Shown here: positions 43,414 to 55,157 of the stretch, in pieces
How positions within the stretch are numbered: position 1 is the first letter of the stretch
Layout of the letters: each line of letters opens with the position of its first letter
Source of the DNA: Kofleriaceae bacterium
Lineage (GTDB): Bacteria > Myxococcota_A > Polyangia > Haliangiales > Haliangiaceae
Length of the DNA stretch: 64,000 nucleotides
Assembly: GCA_965215005.1 (NCBI GenBank)
Contig: CBDCCZ010000044.1
Coordinates: 64,001 to 128,000, forward strand
Reading direction: 5' to 3'
Translations under genes and position numbers: made by a program
Notes under the pieces: generated by a model
Seen by the model: the letters and a program-made list of their open reading frames with translations, nothing else
Databases searched by the model: none
Told to the model about the DNA's origin: nothing

Positions 43414-45084
43414 ATGGCAAAACGTTCCGGGCCGAGCATCTCGGTCAAGATGATTTTAACGTCGACCTTGCTCATCCTCCTGATCGTCGTTGGGTTTGGA
43501 GTCTTGAGCGTTGTGAACGTTCGCACCGTTTATGACGAGACCGCACGAGAGAAGATCGAGAGCTTTCGACAATCGCTTCAGCGCAAAGGTGAGACCACCA
43601 CCCAAGTCTTTTCACAGGCGGTGCTAAGTCATCTGATTGACAACCAGGATGACGAGATTCGTTCGCTCGTCGAGAAGACCGCCAAGCAAGATCCAGAGCT
43701 CACACTCATTTACGTCATCGACCGCACGCTCGGCGTGGTCACGCATTGCCAGGTGGTCCGCAAGGGGGATCAGGTATGCGATACGTCCGCCTTTGGCGAA
43801 GGTCATCCGCCGATCAAGGATGAGACCTGGACGCGCGTGACGGAGCTTTGGCAACAGCGAGTGAAAGATAGCGACTCCGAGGCGCTCGTCAGCTTCGACA
43901 TGAAGGGCAACCAATACTTTGCCTATCCGGTGTTCCTCGGCGGCGTGTCGCCAACCCCCGCGGCGTCACTCGCCGAGGATCCAGGCGACAATCGCCAGGG
44001 CTTCGTGGTGCTTGGCTACGATCTTTCGCCTGCCAACGAGTTCGCCGCTCAAAGTGAAAAGCAGAAAGCTGAAGCGTCGTATCAGGCGGCGCTTCGTACG
44101 GGCGCTGCCGGCGCCCTGTTCGTGCTCATCGGCACGTTATTGGCGATCTTTCAGGGTCTCAGCATCTCGAAACCCCTCAAGCTGCTGGCCTGGAAAGCGG
44201 ATCAAATCGCCCGCGGCGATTTAGAAGCACGGGTCGAGGTGAGCTCGACCGACGAAATCGGCCTGCTCGGCGAGAACTTCAACTTCATGGCCGACCAGCT
44301 GGTGGTGCTCCTGCATCAAACGGCAGAAAAGGCCCACATGGAGAAGGAGCTGGAGGTTGCTCGCACCATTCAAGAAACCCTGGTGCCGCCCAACGATCCA
44401 GTCGATCGAGGGTTCTTCAGATTCGCGGGCTACTTTCAACCGGCATCTCAGTGCGGTGGCGATTGGTGGACGTATCACGACCTTGTCAACGACAAGGTTT
44501 TGGTGGTCATCGGCGACGTCACCGGCCACGGTGTGCCCTCCGCAATGATTACTGCTACCGCGAAAGCCGCTTGTGATGTCGCTCGTTCCGTCAACGGCGA
44601 TGACGTCACCGTGACGACGCTGCTCGAAATCATGAACAACGCGATCTATCAGAGCGCAAAGCGCAAGTTCGTGATGACTTGCTTCGCCTCCATCATAGAT
44701 CCGAAAAAACGCACCATCACCTACGCGAACGCTGGCCACAACTTTCCCTACCTCTATCGTACGGGTGAAAGCGGACGTGGGGAATTTGGGTCGTTGATGA
44801 TCCGAGGTAATCGCTTAGGTGACCTAAAGGAATCTAAATACGAAGCGAAGACCACTGAACTGCTTCCCGGTGATACGCTCATCTGGTACACCGATGGGAT
44901 TGTCGAGTGCGAGAGCGTTACCGGAGAAGAGTATGGTGAAAAACGTTTCCGCTCTTCCATCCGTCGTGCCGCCCATCTCAACTCTGGGGAGCTGCGCGAT
45001 ACCGTGGTGAACGAAGCGATGAATTTCTACGGTGAAATGCCGCGCAAGGACGACATCACGATGGTCATTGGGAGGATCAGCTGA
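43414..45084 (+). CDS. Membrane HAMP-SpoIIE (PP2C, RsbU-like) phosphatase
   Basis: Two TM helices around an extracytoplasmic domain, HAMP (DEIGLLGENFNFMA), ELEVARTIQ, GGDW, GDVTGHG, NAGH, YTDG, DDIT. Confidence 0.95.
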   Translation: MAKRSGPSISVKMILTSTLLILLIVVGFGVLSVVNVRTVYDETAREKIESFRQSLQRKGETTTQVFSQAVLSHLIDNQDDEIRSLVEKTAKQDPELTLIYVIDRTLGVVTHCQVVRKGDQVCDTSAFGEGHPPIKDETWTRVTELWQQRVKDSDSEALVSFDMKGNQYFAYPVFLGGVSPTPAASLAEDPGDNRQGFVVLGYDLSPANEFAAQSEKQKAEASYQAALRTGAAGALFVLIGTLLAIFQGLSISKPLKLLAWKADQIARGDLEARVEVSSTDEIGLLGENFNFMADQLVVLLHQTAEKAHMEKELEVARTIQETLVPPNDPVDRGFFRFAGYFQPASQCGGDWWTYHDLVNDKVLVVIGDVTGHGVPSAMITATAKAACDVARSVNGDDVTVTTLLEIMNNAIYQSAKRKFVMTCFASIIDPKKRTITYANAGHNFPYLYRTGESGRGEFGSLMIRGNRLGDLKESKYEAKTTELLPGDTLIWYTDGIVECESVTGEEYGEKRFRSSIRRAAHLNSGELRDTVVNEAMNFYGEMPRKDDITMVIGRIS

Positions 45085-45085
45085 C

Positions 45086-47614
45086 ATGCGCGTGCCTATC
45101 CCCGTAAAGACTGTTCTGGCGGCGCTCGTCGCGCTTGGGCTGTTTGCCTCGTCGGCAGCAGCGCAGGTCGAAGAAGACCTCAACGAAGCCGACAAGTTGT
45201 TCGATAGTGGCGATCTCGAGAAGGCGGCGAAACGCTACGACAACGCCATTCGTCGCTATCCGGGTCAGGTCGCGGCCGCCGCCTATGGCAAGCGCGCGGC
45301 AATTTTCCTGATTCGGAAGGACTACCAGGGGTGCCTGAAGTTCGTCTCGTCGGTTGCTGAGCCGCAACATCCGGACTCGCCCGAAGTGCTCGAGCAGAAG
45401 GCGCTGTGTCTCTGGGCGCTCGGCTCTAAGCCGGATGCGGTAGCGGTCGCCGAGCAGGTGGTGAAGAAGAAGCCAACGACCTTCACCAATCAGAAGATCA
45501 TCGGTGAGTATTACGCTGCCCGTGAGCCGGAGAAAGCGGCAAGTGCGTTCGAAGCGTATCTGTCTAATCGACCTTCGGAGCTGGAGAAGGGCGATGTGTT
45601 GCCACGGATTCGCCTGGGCTTTTCTTATCTGCTCCTAGGCCAGCGCCTCGATCAGGACAACCTGGAGAAGGCGCAGGCGTTGTACAACCGAGCCGAGGAG
45701 CAGTTCGAGCTAGTGCTCAAGAAGCACCGCAGCCGGCAACACGCCGAGGTCAACGCGGAGAATGGCCTCTGCGCAGCCTATACGGTGCAGGAGAAGTTCG
45801 ACCGCGCGGTCACGCTATGCGAGCGCATTATCCAGGATCCGCGGAAAATCGACCGCAACGGCTCAGTCTGGTTCAATCTCGGCACCGCGTATCTCTTCAA
45901 GAAGCAGCCGCAGCGTGCGCGCACGGCGGGCAACGAATACATTCGGATGCGCCGCAGCGAGCCCAAGGGTTACGTCCTTGTGGGCGATGCGTACTATGCC
46001 GAGCGCGACTGGGCACGAGCCTTGGAAATGTATCTCCGTGCCGAGCAACTGGCCAAGCGAGAGGACGCAGTCGTCAAGCTGGCGAACAAGCTGGGGCAGA
46101 CCTACCGTCGGCTTGGGCAGCTCGATAAGGCAATCGCGAAGCTCGAGACCGCGGTCAAACGCAATCCCGCAAACCTCGGGCTCGCTGTCGAGCTCGGCGG
46201 GGCTTACTTGGAGACGCAGAAGGACGAGAAGGCGCAGGAGACGGTAGAGCGATGGATCCAGAGCGAGCGCTTCGCGGCCACCTCCGACAAGCAGAAGTCT
46301 GGGCTCCTGCTGATCGCCGCCCGCGCTGCGTACAACCGAGGGCAGGTAGCCGAAGCACGCCAGCGTTACGAGACCGCATACGGTATTCGCAAGCGCGACG
46401 TGTTGGTCCGCAACGGACTCGTCCAGACCATCAACATGGAGGCCTTCGAGCAATATCGTAAAGGCGACATGAAGGCGGCAGGCGAGCAGCTACAGGCGGC
46501 ACTGGCGGTATCTCCCAAAGACACGCGCACCAACCAAAATCTTGCCATCATGTCGATCGAAGAAGGCAACTGCGACCGCGCACGCGACTATCTTCAGGCG
46601 CTAAAGAACTCACGCGCAAATTCGCTGGTCTATCATCGACTCATGGGCCGTACTTATCTGTGCGGTCAGAAGGTCGATCAGAACTTGGCGTCTCGCCACT
46701 TTGCAGCGGCCGAGAAGCAGGCAGCCGACGCCAACTTGATGCGCGCGGAGATCTACATCGAGTGGGCGCCGCTGCTGATGCGCACCAACATCGAAGATGC
46801 AGTGGACAAGCTGCAGACGGCGGTGCAGTTTGCAGCTCGCACCCCCGGCGTGGGGGAGGCCGCCAAGCGCAACCTCGCGCTCGCGTTGTTCCGCCGTGGA
46901 TGGGGCTACATGCGCGAAGGTAAGAGCAGCCAAGCCGAGGCGGATTTCGAGCGCGCGGTGCGGGAGCCCCAGTTGCTGCGTGGCACCGAGCCGCTGGCAT
47001 TCGAGTTTTCTTACGCGCTCGCGCAGCTCGAGAATGGCAAGACGAGTGAAGCGGCAAAGATCTTCGGTCAGCTCGCGTCCAAAGGCGCCGCCAGTGCCTA
47101 TCTCAAGGATCCCTACGACAAGGTCGGCAACGAGTTCTTTGAAGCGTACGCAAAGTACCGCAGCGGGAACGTGGCACTGCGCCGCCAGGCGGCGACCGAC
47201 TTCGAGCGCCTCCAGCGGGTGGCCAAGGGTAAGTTCGCCGGCTCGATCCGTGATTTGGCGGCATCGGCTTGGGAGTACGTCGCGTTCGACGCGTACAGCT
47301 CGGGCAACGGCCGCGGTGCAACGGATGCGCTTCAGGGGGCGGCGCGCTCCGGTTCGGGGCGCGTCTCTCGCAGCATTTCACACAACCAGGCTGTGCTGCA
47401 GATGAGCGAGAAATCCTCGTCGTCCCTTCTGAGCCGCTTCCAGTCCATGGGCGACAACCCGCCCGAAGCCCTCGTCAACGCCGGCATCATGTATGACCGT
47501 GCCGGCCAGCCCAAGCAGGCTTATGATGCTTGGGTGCAGGCGCGCTCCAAGGGTGTGAAGTCGCGTGATCTACAGAAGTGGATTGCGGCCAAGCAGCGCA
47601 TCTTCGGCTACTGA
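45086..47614 (+). CDS. Secreted/periplasmic TPR protein
   Basis: Signal peptide ending AAA-Q, multiple TPRs; starts 1 bp after the phosphatase stop. Confidence 0.87.
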   Translation: MRVPIPVKTVLAALVALGLFASSAAAQVEEDLNEADKLFDSGDLEKAAKRYDNAIRRYPGQVAAAAYGKRAAIFLIRKDYQGCLKFVSSVAEPQHPDSPEVLEQKALCLWALGSKPDAVAVAEQVVKKKPTTFTNQKIIGEYYAAREPEKAASAFEAYLSNRPSELEKGDVLPRIRLGFSYLLLGQRLDQDNLEKAQALYNRAEEQFELVLKKHRSRQHAEVNAENGLCAAYTVQEKFDRAVTLCERIIQDPRKIDRNGSVWFNLGTAYLFKKQPQRARTAGNEYIRMRRSEPKGYVLVGDAYYAERDWARALEMYLRAEQLAKREDAVVKLANKLGQTYRRLGQLDKAIAKLETAVKRNPANLGLAVELGGAYLETQKDEKAQETVERWIQSERFAATSDKQKSGLLLIAARAAYNRGQVAEARQRYETAYGIRKRDVLVRNGLVQTINMEAFEQYRKGDMKAAGEQLQAALAVSPKDTRTNQNLAIMSIEEGNCDRARDYLQALKNSRANSLVYHRLMGRTYLCGQKVDQNLASRHFAAAEKQAADANLMRAEIYIEWAPLLMRTNIEDAVDKLQTAVQFAARTPGVGEAAKRNLALALFRRGWGYMREGKSSQAEADFERAVREPQLLRGTEPLAFEFSYALAQLENGKTSEAAKIFGQLASKGAASAYLKDPYDKVGNEFFEAYAKYRSGNVALRRQAATDFERLQRVAKGKFAGSIRDLAASAWEYVAFDAYSSGNGRGATDALQGAARSGSGRVSRSISHNQAVLQMSEKSSSSLLSRFQSMGDNPPEALVNAGIMYDRAGQPKQAYDAWVQARSKGVKSRDLQKWIAAKQRIFGY

Positions 47615-47638
47615 GACAAGGCGCAAGGGAAACCGTCC

Positions 47639-48565
47639 ATGAACAATAGGTTGGGAATTGGAATCGGCATCGCTGCGTTGGCCGCTTTGGCGATGATTTC
47701 GCTGGCGCGACGCGGCGAGAGCCAAGCGGCCTCTGGCGGGCTGGTGGTTGCCATGTACGCACCCACCGCAGGGTTCAGCACCTCTGCTGAGCGCCTGCAG
47801 TACCTGCAAGGACTGGCGCGAGCGATCGAAGGCAAGGTGGGCAGCAAGGTCGATGGGCGGGTGTATTCGAGCTTGAGCCAGCTGCGCAAGGCGCGGCCGG
47901 ACTTCGCGATCATTCCCGGGCAGTGCTATGCGACGAATCGCGGTTGGACGTTGCTGGCGAATGCCCAGATTCGCGGCAGTGTGGAGCGTCCGTGGGCACT
48001 GTATTCGAGCGCTGGCTCCAGCATGCAGGCGCTGCGTGGCAAGAAGCTGGCCTACGTGCAGACCGGCTGCCGCGACGGCGAGTTCATCGAGAATGCGATG
48101 CTGGAGTCCGAGGTCGACATCAGCTTTTTCGCGGGGCGCGTCGGCAAGTCCGATATTGGTGGTGCGGTCGCGGAGGTCGCCTCCTACAAAGGTGCAGACG
48201 CGGTGTTCGCGCCGGTGGGGATGCAAAAGGGTTTGGCGAAGGTGTTCGACACCGGCGATGTCGCCAATCCCGCGTTCGTACAGGCGAACTCGGATCTTTC
48301 GGGCCAGACAGTGGCCGCGGTGCGCAGCGCCGTGGTTGGCTACGGCGGTGGCGGCGCCATCGACGGCTGGGCTGGCGCTGATGAGAGGCCATTTCGAGTG
48401 CTCACCGGGCGGATGAGCAAGCGCGTGAAGCAGGGCGAGTTTGCAGATCCCACGCCGGTTCGTGTCGATGCGCGGGACGTGCTCGTGCCGCCGTCGACTC
48501 TCGACGAAACCGCGCTGCCGACGGTCGGGCAGCATTTCGACCGTCCGCCGGAGCGACAACAGTAG
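47639..48565 (+). CDS. Periplasmic binding protein, PhnD/phosphonate-binding-like fold
   Basis: N-terminal signal, [24 protein letters not shown] pattern; no cognate permease adjacent. Confidence 0.62.
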   Translation: MNNRLGIGIGIAALAALAMISLARRGESQAASGGLVVAMYAPTAGFSTSAERLQYLQGLARAIEGKVGSKVDGRVYSSLSQLRKARPDFAIIPGQCYATNRGWTLLANAQIRGSVERPWALYSSAGSSMQALRGKKLAYVQTGCRDGEFIENAMLESEVDISFFAGRVGKSDIGGAVAEVASYKGADAVFAPVGMQKGLAKVFDTGDVANPAFVQANSDLSGQTVAAVRSAVVGYGGGGAIDGWAGADERPFRVLTGRMSKRVKQGEFADPTPVRVDARDVLVPPSTLDETALPTVGQHFDRPPERQQ

Positions 48566-48575
48566 AGAATGAAAC

Positions 48576-49079
48576 ATGGCCACATCGAGGGCACAGGTGG
48601 AGTCGGTTGCGCTGTCTTGGCGCATCAAGGAGCGGCCGGGATTCACGACGGTGGAGTTCTTCGGCGAAATCGATGAGAACGCCGATTTCGCCGAGCTTCG
48701 GCGGCGGCTGAAGGGAGCGGTGGTGTTCCATCTGGCGGAGGTTCGGCGGATCAATTCGTGCGGCGTTCGCGAATGGGTGAACTTCGTGCGCGACTTGCCA
48801 AACGTCTCCGACCTCACCTTCACGCATTGCTCGCCGGCAATCGTGACCCAATTGAACATGATTTATAACTTCCGAGGTCGCGCCAAGGTTCGGTCGTTCT
48901 ACGCGCCGTACATCTGCGAGGCTTGCGGTCACGAAGACGAGAAGCTCATCGACGTCCAGTCGCAATTCCCGAGTGGGCCCACCGAGGAGGTCCCGGAGTT
49001 TCGCTGCGAACAGTGCGGTGAATTGATGGAGTTTGACGATCTCCCGGAGCGCTATCTTTCTTTCTTATCGGAAGCGTAA
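48576..49079 (+). CDS. Soluble STAS + zinc ribbon protein (paralog of 41613)
   Basis: [31 protein letters not shown]...CEQC, MEFDD. Confidence 0.87.
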   Translation: MATSRAQVESVALSWRIKERPGFTTVEFFGEIDENADFAELRRRLKGAVVFHLAEVRRINSCGVREWVNFVRDLPNVSDLTFTHCSPAIVTQLNMIYNFRGRAKVRSFYAPYICEACGHEDEKLIDVQSQFPSGPTEEVPEFRCEQCGELMEFDDLPERYLSFLSEA

Positions 49080-49082
49080 GAC

Positions 49083-50426
49083 GTGGCTGGAGTCATAGAG
49101 CTCGCTAAACAGCTTCTGGAGGGCAGCGTCGATGCGGCGGTGATCCTCAACGAGGACCGGCGGATCCTCTATTATAACCGTGCTTACGAGGCGCTCTCGG
49201 GTCTCCGCGGTCGGCAGCTTCAGCAGCGAGTCCGCGCCGGCGTGCACTGCTATGAAATCTTTCCGCTCGAGATCTGCAAGACCGACTGCATAGGATGCAA
49301 GGCGCGCGACGTGTCACGAGCGCTGCGCATGGACGAGATCAAGGCGATACGCGGCGCTGATGGCGAGGAGCTCACGGTCATCGTGAGCGCGGTGCCCATT
49401 GCCACGGCCGATGAGCTCGTCATCGTCGAGACCTACCGCGACGTGACTGCCGATGTCCGCATTCAGCGGCGCCTCAAAGTGCTGCTCGAGCGCGAGCGAG
49501 CTGCCAAGGAGAATCTCGAAGACCAGGTGCGGAACCGTACCAAGGAGCTGCGGCAGGCGCAGGCGCAGCTGGTGCATCAGGAAAAGATGTCGTCTCTTGG
49601 TCGCCTCGTTGCGGGCATCGCACACGAGCTGAATAACCCGATCAACTTCGTTTACGGCAACGTCGATTTTCTTGGCCAATACATGGAAGATCTGCTGTCA
49701 CTGGTGCGGCACCTCGAAACGGTCGAGCTATCGCCGGAGCTCCGCGCCCAGCTCGAAACCATGAAGTCCGAGATCGAGTTCGACTTTCTAGTTGAAGACT
49801 CACGCAAGCTCATCCGCTCGATTCGCTCGGGCGCCGAACGCACCGCCAGCATCGTTCAAGACCTGAAGACCTTCTCGCGAACCGGGGGCGGCGAGCTGCA
49901 AGAGGCAGACATCGCGGCCGGCATCGAGACCACGCTCAACCTGATCGCGCCGCTACTCAAGAACCGAGTCACCGTAGAGCGGCATATCGCCAGCAACTTG
50001 CCAAAGATGGTGTGCAACGCTGGTCATATCAATCAGGTGTTCATGAACATCCTCACCAACGCGGCGCAGGCGATCGTGGGCGAGGGTTTTATTCGCGTCA
50101 GCATCGAGTCGATCGACGAGGGCCAATCCATTCGAGTGGTGATTTCTGACGACGGTCCTGGAATACCCGCAGACCACATGGAAAAAATCACCGATCCCTT
50201 CTTCACTACCAAAGACGTTGGTGAGGGTACCGGGCTCGGATTGTGGATTTCAGAGAACATCGTGCGCGCTCACGGCGGCCGCCTCGAATGCATCAGTGCG
50301 CCGCATCGAGGTGCCACCTTCACCGTAACGCTTCCGGTTCGCGCCCCGGAATCAGCGCGCGACGGTCTGGCGCTCAACGCTCGCCGTCCGACGTTGACCG
50401 CCGCGGAGAGTCCCCCTCGTGCATGA
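49083..50426 (+). CDS. Cytoplasmic PAS sensor histidine kinase (NtrB-like)
   Basis: H-box [11 protein letters not shown]-box [29 protein letters not shown]; Cys-rich PAS. Confidence 0.96.
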   Translation: MAGVIELAKQLLEGSVDAAVILNEDRRILYYNRAYEALSGLRGRQLQQRVRAGVHCYEIFPLEICKTDCIGCKARDVSRALRMDEIKAIRGADGEELTVIVSAVPIATADELVIVETYRDVTADVRIQRRLKVLLERERAAKENLEDQVRNRTKELRQAQAQLVHQEKMSSLGRLVAGIAHELNNPINFVYGNVDFLGQYMEDLLSLVRHLETVELSPELRAQLETMKSEIEFDFLVEDSRKLIRSIRSGAERTASIVQDLKTFSRTGGGELQEADIAAGIETTLNLIAPLLKNRVTVERHIASNLPKMVCNAGHINQVFMNILTNAAQAIVGEGFIRVSIESIDEGQSIRVVISDDGPGIPADHMEKITDPFFTTKDVGEGTGLGLWISENIVRAHGGRLECISAPHRGATFTVTLPVRAPESARDGLALNARRPTLTAAESPPRA

Positions 50427-50814
50427 AGCCGATCAACGACCTTGCTTGTTGGTGGTGGATGACGAACCGCTGAATCGTGAGCTCTTGCGGCGGGTGCTGC
50501 GCGAGTATCGAATCGAGGAAGCGGAGGATGCCACCGCCGCTATGCAGGTTCTCGAGCGATCAGCGGCGCACGTGCGCCTGATACTCTGCGATCAGCTGAT
50601 GCCAGGCCTCAGTGGCACGCAGCTCGCGGAACGGGTGCGTGACCGTTGGCCCGACATCTCCTTCATGCTCCTAACCGGCTACGACGATGATCCGGCCGTC
50701 AAGAGCGCTCACGAGCGGGGTCTAGTGTGTGACGTCATCGCCAAACCGTGGCGCGGCTCGGCGCTCAAAGAGCTCATCGCCGATACCCTCGAGGCGACCA
50801 TTTCGAGGCAGTGA
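50419..50814 (+). CDS. Single-domain response regulator
   Basis: [19 protein letters not shown]. Confidence 0.93.
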   Translation: MHEADQRPCLLVVDDEPLNRELLRRVLREYRIEEAEDATAAMQVLERSAAHVRLILCDQLMPGLSGTQLAERVRDRWPDISFMLLTGYDDDPAVKSAHERGLVCDVIAKPWRGSALKELIADTLEATISRQ

Positions 50815-50837
50815 CGTGTGCGAGCCGCCGGCAGGCG

Positions 50838-51860
50838 CTACTCGGCTGGCTGCGGCCACGGGAGCCAAGCAGCGACGCTCGCGTTGGCAATGACGAGCCT
50901 AGGCGCCGTGGTGCGAGGACCATCCAGCTCTGCGCGATAGAGCGCGGGAGCGCCATCGTGGTCGCGGCCGAGCAAGGCGTATTTGCCATCGGGCGACAAC
51001 GTCACGGCTCGATAGCCGCTCCAGCACTTGAACTCGCCGCCGACCGCGCGAACGATGCACGCGGCATCGGGTTCGGCCAACAGCAGCCACTCGGAATCGA
51101 GCGACCACTCCAGCGGCGTTGCGGCGCGGTTCAAGCGGCGTAGCGCGGCTGTGCCATCGAGGCGGAACGTAAACAACGTGCCATTGCCGAGCTCCTGCGC
51201 GCGGTGGTTCTTCTCCTTGCCATCGGCTTCCAGAGCGTCGTTCTTATCGCGATAGAGGCCGACGGCGCGCGCACCGCTTGGGGCGACGAGGAGCTCGGAG
51301 CTGGGGCTATGGGGCGCCAGCGTGCGCTTAGAGCGCATGCTCGGCAGGGTTACGGCCCTAATACCGCGCTTGGTCGCGATGGCCAGTTCCGTGGGGGAGA
51401 GGAAGCCGAGCTGCTCGACGGTGCCGAAGCCGGCAGGAACGGCTCGCTCGACGGCGCGTTGCGCGCGGTTTAGCGCGATGAGCTCGAGCGTGCCAGAATC
51501 GGTGACGCACACGACGCAGCTGCCATCGGGTGCCAGGTGCGGCCTGCTGATGCATTTGAGAGGACGCGGCACGCGAACCTCGGTGGCCGAAGGGCGAAGC
51601 CAGTAGAACGCGCCGCCAGCATCGAGCAGCAAGACCGCGCCGTTGTCGCTGGCTTCGATAGCGCGCAGATTCGCGGCGGTGACGCCCTCTGGAAGCGTGG
51701 CAATAGGAGCTTCGGCGCCGTCGCGCTCGGCAGATTCGACGCGGAACAAGCCGCTATCGCGAGCGAACACGATGGCGGTTTTTGCGCCGTCCTCGGCTCG
51801 CGCAGAGCCCGTTAGCGAGAGAAGCGCGGCGGTGAGTAACGCAGAAGCAACAGCACGCAT
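50838..51860 (-). CDS. Secreted TolB/PD40-like beta-propeller protein
   Basis: Signal peptide ending ARA; repeats APDG, APSG, WSLDS, SPDG. Confidence 0.65.
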   Translation of the reverse strand: MRAVASALLTAALLSLTGSARAEDGAKTAIVFARDSGLFRVESAERDGAEAPIATLPEGVTAANLRAIEASDNGAVLLLDAGGAFYWLRPSATEVRVPRPLKCISRPHLAPDGSCVVCVTDSGTLELIALNRAQRAVERAVPAGFGTVEQLGFLSPTELAIATKRGIRAVTLPSMRSKRTLAPHSPSSELLVAPSGARAVGLYRDKNDALEADGKEKNHRAQELGNGTLFTFRLDGTAALRRLNRAATPLEWSLDSEWLLLAEPDAACIVRAVGGEFKCWSGYRAVTLSPDGKYALLGRDHDGAPALYRAELDGPRTTAPRLVIANASVAAWLPWPQPAE

Positions 51861-51917
51861 GGCGAGGGCATACGACGGCCGGCGGGCGCCGGGCAAGCAC
51901 GGAAACGTTGGCTTCGG

Positions 51918-52076
51918 CTACACGTCGGTCTTGCCGATGCTCTGCTTGGAGTCGTCGGGCACCGGCGCCGTCCTGGCCGCCGCCTCACGCCGCTCGCTGT
52001 AGCGGTCGACGAGAAACTCGCGGAGATCGTCTTCGAGGCTGGGTGCCTTCACTGGATTTCCGTCGTGATGACTCAT
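51918..52076 (-). CDS. Possible 52-aa ORF coupled to arsC
   Basis: ATGA overlap with the arsC stop; [26 protein letters not shown]... Confidence 0.35.
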   Translation of the reverse strand: MSHHDGNPVKAPSLEDDLREFLVDRYSERREAAARTAPVPDDSKQSIGKTDV

Positions 52077-52501
52077 GCGAGGTTCCGCTGCGCCGCGAGC
52101 ACGTCTAGGCGGGCGCGCAGCTGGTCGCGCGCCACTCGGAAGTGGTGCAGGCGTTGCTCGTGGGTGAGCTGCTGGTGCTTGCGGTCGGGGTCCTGGAGTG
52201 GCCAGTGCATCCGCGGCGCATTCGAGAGGAATACCGGGCAGGCTTCTTCGGCGCAGAGGGTGATGACGAGGTCGACGCTGGCGGGGTCGATGCTCTGTAC
52301 CGACTTCGAGGTGTGTGCTCGCAAATCGATGCCGAGCTCGTTCATCACCTCGATGGCGAGCGGATTTACATTCGAGGGCGACGAGCCAGCCGACTGCACG
52401 CGCACCGCATCGCCGAAGAGGTGGCGGGCGAGGCCTTCGGCCATTTGCGAGCGCGCCGAGTTGGCCACGCACAGAAACAGGATCGAATCGTAGTGAGTCA
52501 T
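52073..52501 (-). CDS. arsC: Thioredoxin-type arsenate reductase (LMW-PTP fold)
   Basis: CVANSARS P-loop, [16 protein letters not shown]. Confidence 0.93.
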   Translation of the reverse strand: MTHYDSILFLCVANSARSQMAEGLARHLFGDAVRVQSAGSSPSNVNPLAIEVMNELGIDLRAHTSKSVQSIDPASVDLVITLCAEEACPVFLSNAPRMHWPLQDPDRKHQQLTHEQRLHHFRVARDQLRARLDVLAAQRNLA

Positions 52502-52510
52502 GGCAGCCCC

Positions 52511-53548
<1,038 letters not shown>

Positions 53549-53718
53549 GATGAAGCCTCGGCGAGCAATCGTCAGAATGTGATTTAGCGATGACAGCTGG
53601 GTCGGCGCAGGCTAAACGAGACGTTGTGCAATCCGCACGCTGCGAATAGGCAACGGCGGCCTCGCAACAGCACCGCTTGACCGTGCCGGAGAACCCAACT
53701 TGTAAGGCCGGCTCTTTC

Positions 53719-53738
53719 TAATCGTCGATATACGATTA
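53719..53738. promoter_or_regulatory. AT-rich inverted repeat, candidate ArsR/SmtB-type operator
   Basis: TAATCGT-CGATAT-ACGATTA, 170 bp upstream of acr3. Confidence 0.5.
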
Positions 53739-53915
53739 ATGAGCTGTGGTCGTCAAGGCGGATGGAGGACGCTGCGGCAAGGCGCGCTCAGGCCCAGCCG
53801 CTGCTCTGGGCGGGGACCACGCACAACCAAGCCCGGCGCCGAGCAAGCGCGGGCTCGAACGCGCGGCCTCGAACGCGATTGCGATTCGCACTCTATGGCG
53901 GGCGCGGCGACTCGC

Positions 53916-55124
53916 TCAGCTGACCGACTGCGCCAGTCGCTCGGGCTCGCTGCGGAGCGAGCTGATGTAACGGCCGCGACCGCCAAGGTCGAGCAGCAGC
54001 ACGGGACCAAAGCGCGGGCAGTGGACCTCGAGGGTGCGTAGCTCGGCACTCACGGTGGTGGCCTTCTGTTCGAAGACCGGCCGCGACAGTGGGGTGCCGT
54101 CGATGAAGACCTCGCTGAGGAACTCTAACGGTGCGATGAACTCGGCGCCATTCTCATGAATGCGATCGCGGACCACCCCGGGAAGCTCGCCGCGGCGCAC
54201 AACCGCGTCGAAATCACGTTTTCCCAAGGCTGCTGCGACGTCGAGATCGAACCGCTCAGCGGGAAAGATGAGGAGCAGCCGATTTCCCAGCTCCGTGTAG
54301 GTCAGGGGCGGGCCGCTGGGCGCGGGCTCGGCGACTTCTGGCGCGGGCTTGGCCTCTTTGGCCGCAGTCTTGGAAGCCGGTGCGGCGGCGCTCGGCGGCG
54401 GTTTGCGGCCCCCGCTCGGCGCTCCGGGAATCAGCGAGAAGCGCTCGATCGCGGCGATCGCTTGCTTCATCTCGAGCGACGTTCGCACATCCCAGGTGCC
54501 ATCGGCTTCGAGGCAGTCTACGACCAGAAAATCGCCATGGCGCTCGAGCTTGACAGAACCGAGGTTGGCCAGGATTTCGGCCTCGGTTAGCTCCTCGAGT
54601 CGTTTCTCGTAGGCTGCAATCTTGGCCTCGAATTCGGGCTGCGTGAGGCGGTTTGCGCGCTTCTTGCCGTCGATGTCCAGGGTTGGATCGAGCACCCAGG
54701 GCAACAGGCAGATCGCTCGTAAGTCGACCGCCGAGCGTGCGGCGATGACCGCGTCGGCAACGCCGCCGGGCAGGCTGATGCGCCCCATCCGCACCGGCGC
54801 GCTGTCGCATATGCCGAGCAGCCGCTCTTTCTCGGGGCGCAGGTCGAGCTGCACGACGTAGCCGGACTCTGGATCTTCGAAAAGCGGGCCACTCGAGTCG
54901 TCGAAGATGAGCAGGCGCCGCTCGCCGCGCCGACGAAACGGCATGGAAGGCGATAGCTGCATCTCCAGCATCGGATCCTGCATATCGGGGTCGAGGATCT
55001 TGCGCCCGGCCGCCACGTCTTGGCCGCCAAGGGCCTCGAGCAGGACTTCGGGATCGATCTCGGCGCCCGTGTCGAAGATGAGGTCGAGGAGCAGACTGTC
55101 GAATAGACTATCGAGCGACACCAT
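53916..55124 (-). CDS. Hypothetical two-domain protein
   Basis: 402-aa ORF with protein-like composition and a Pro/Ala linker; no motif recognised. Confidence 0.75.
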   Translation of the reverse strand: MVSLDSLFDSLLLDLIFDTGAEIDPEVLLEALGGQDVAAGRKILDPDMQDPMLEMQLSPSMPFRRRGERRLLIFDDSSGPLFEDPESGYVVQLDLRPEKERLLGICDSAPVRMGRISLPGGVADAVIAARSAVDLRAICLLPWVLDPTLDIDGKKRANRLTQPEFEAKIAAYEKRLEELTEAEILANLGSVKLERHGDFLVVDCLEADGTWDVRTSLEMKQAIAAIERFSLIPGAPSGGRKPPPSAAAPASKTAAKEAKPAPEVAEPAPSGPPLTYTELGNRLLLIFPAERFDLDVAAALGKRDFDAVVRRGELPGVVRDRIHENGAEFIAPLEFLSEVFIDGTPLSRPVFEQKATTVSAELRTLEVHCPRFGPVLLLDLGGRGRYISSLRSEPERLAQSVS

Positions 55125-55157
55125 GGGTCTGGGCGTTTTACAAGCAGCCGCAGGGCA

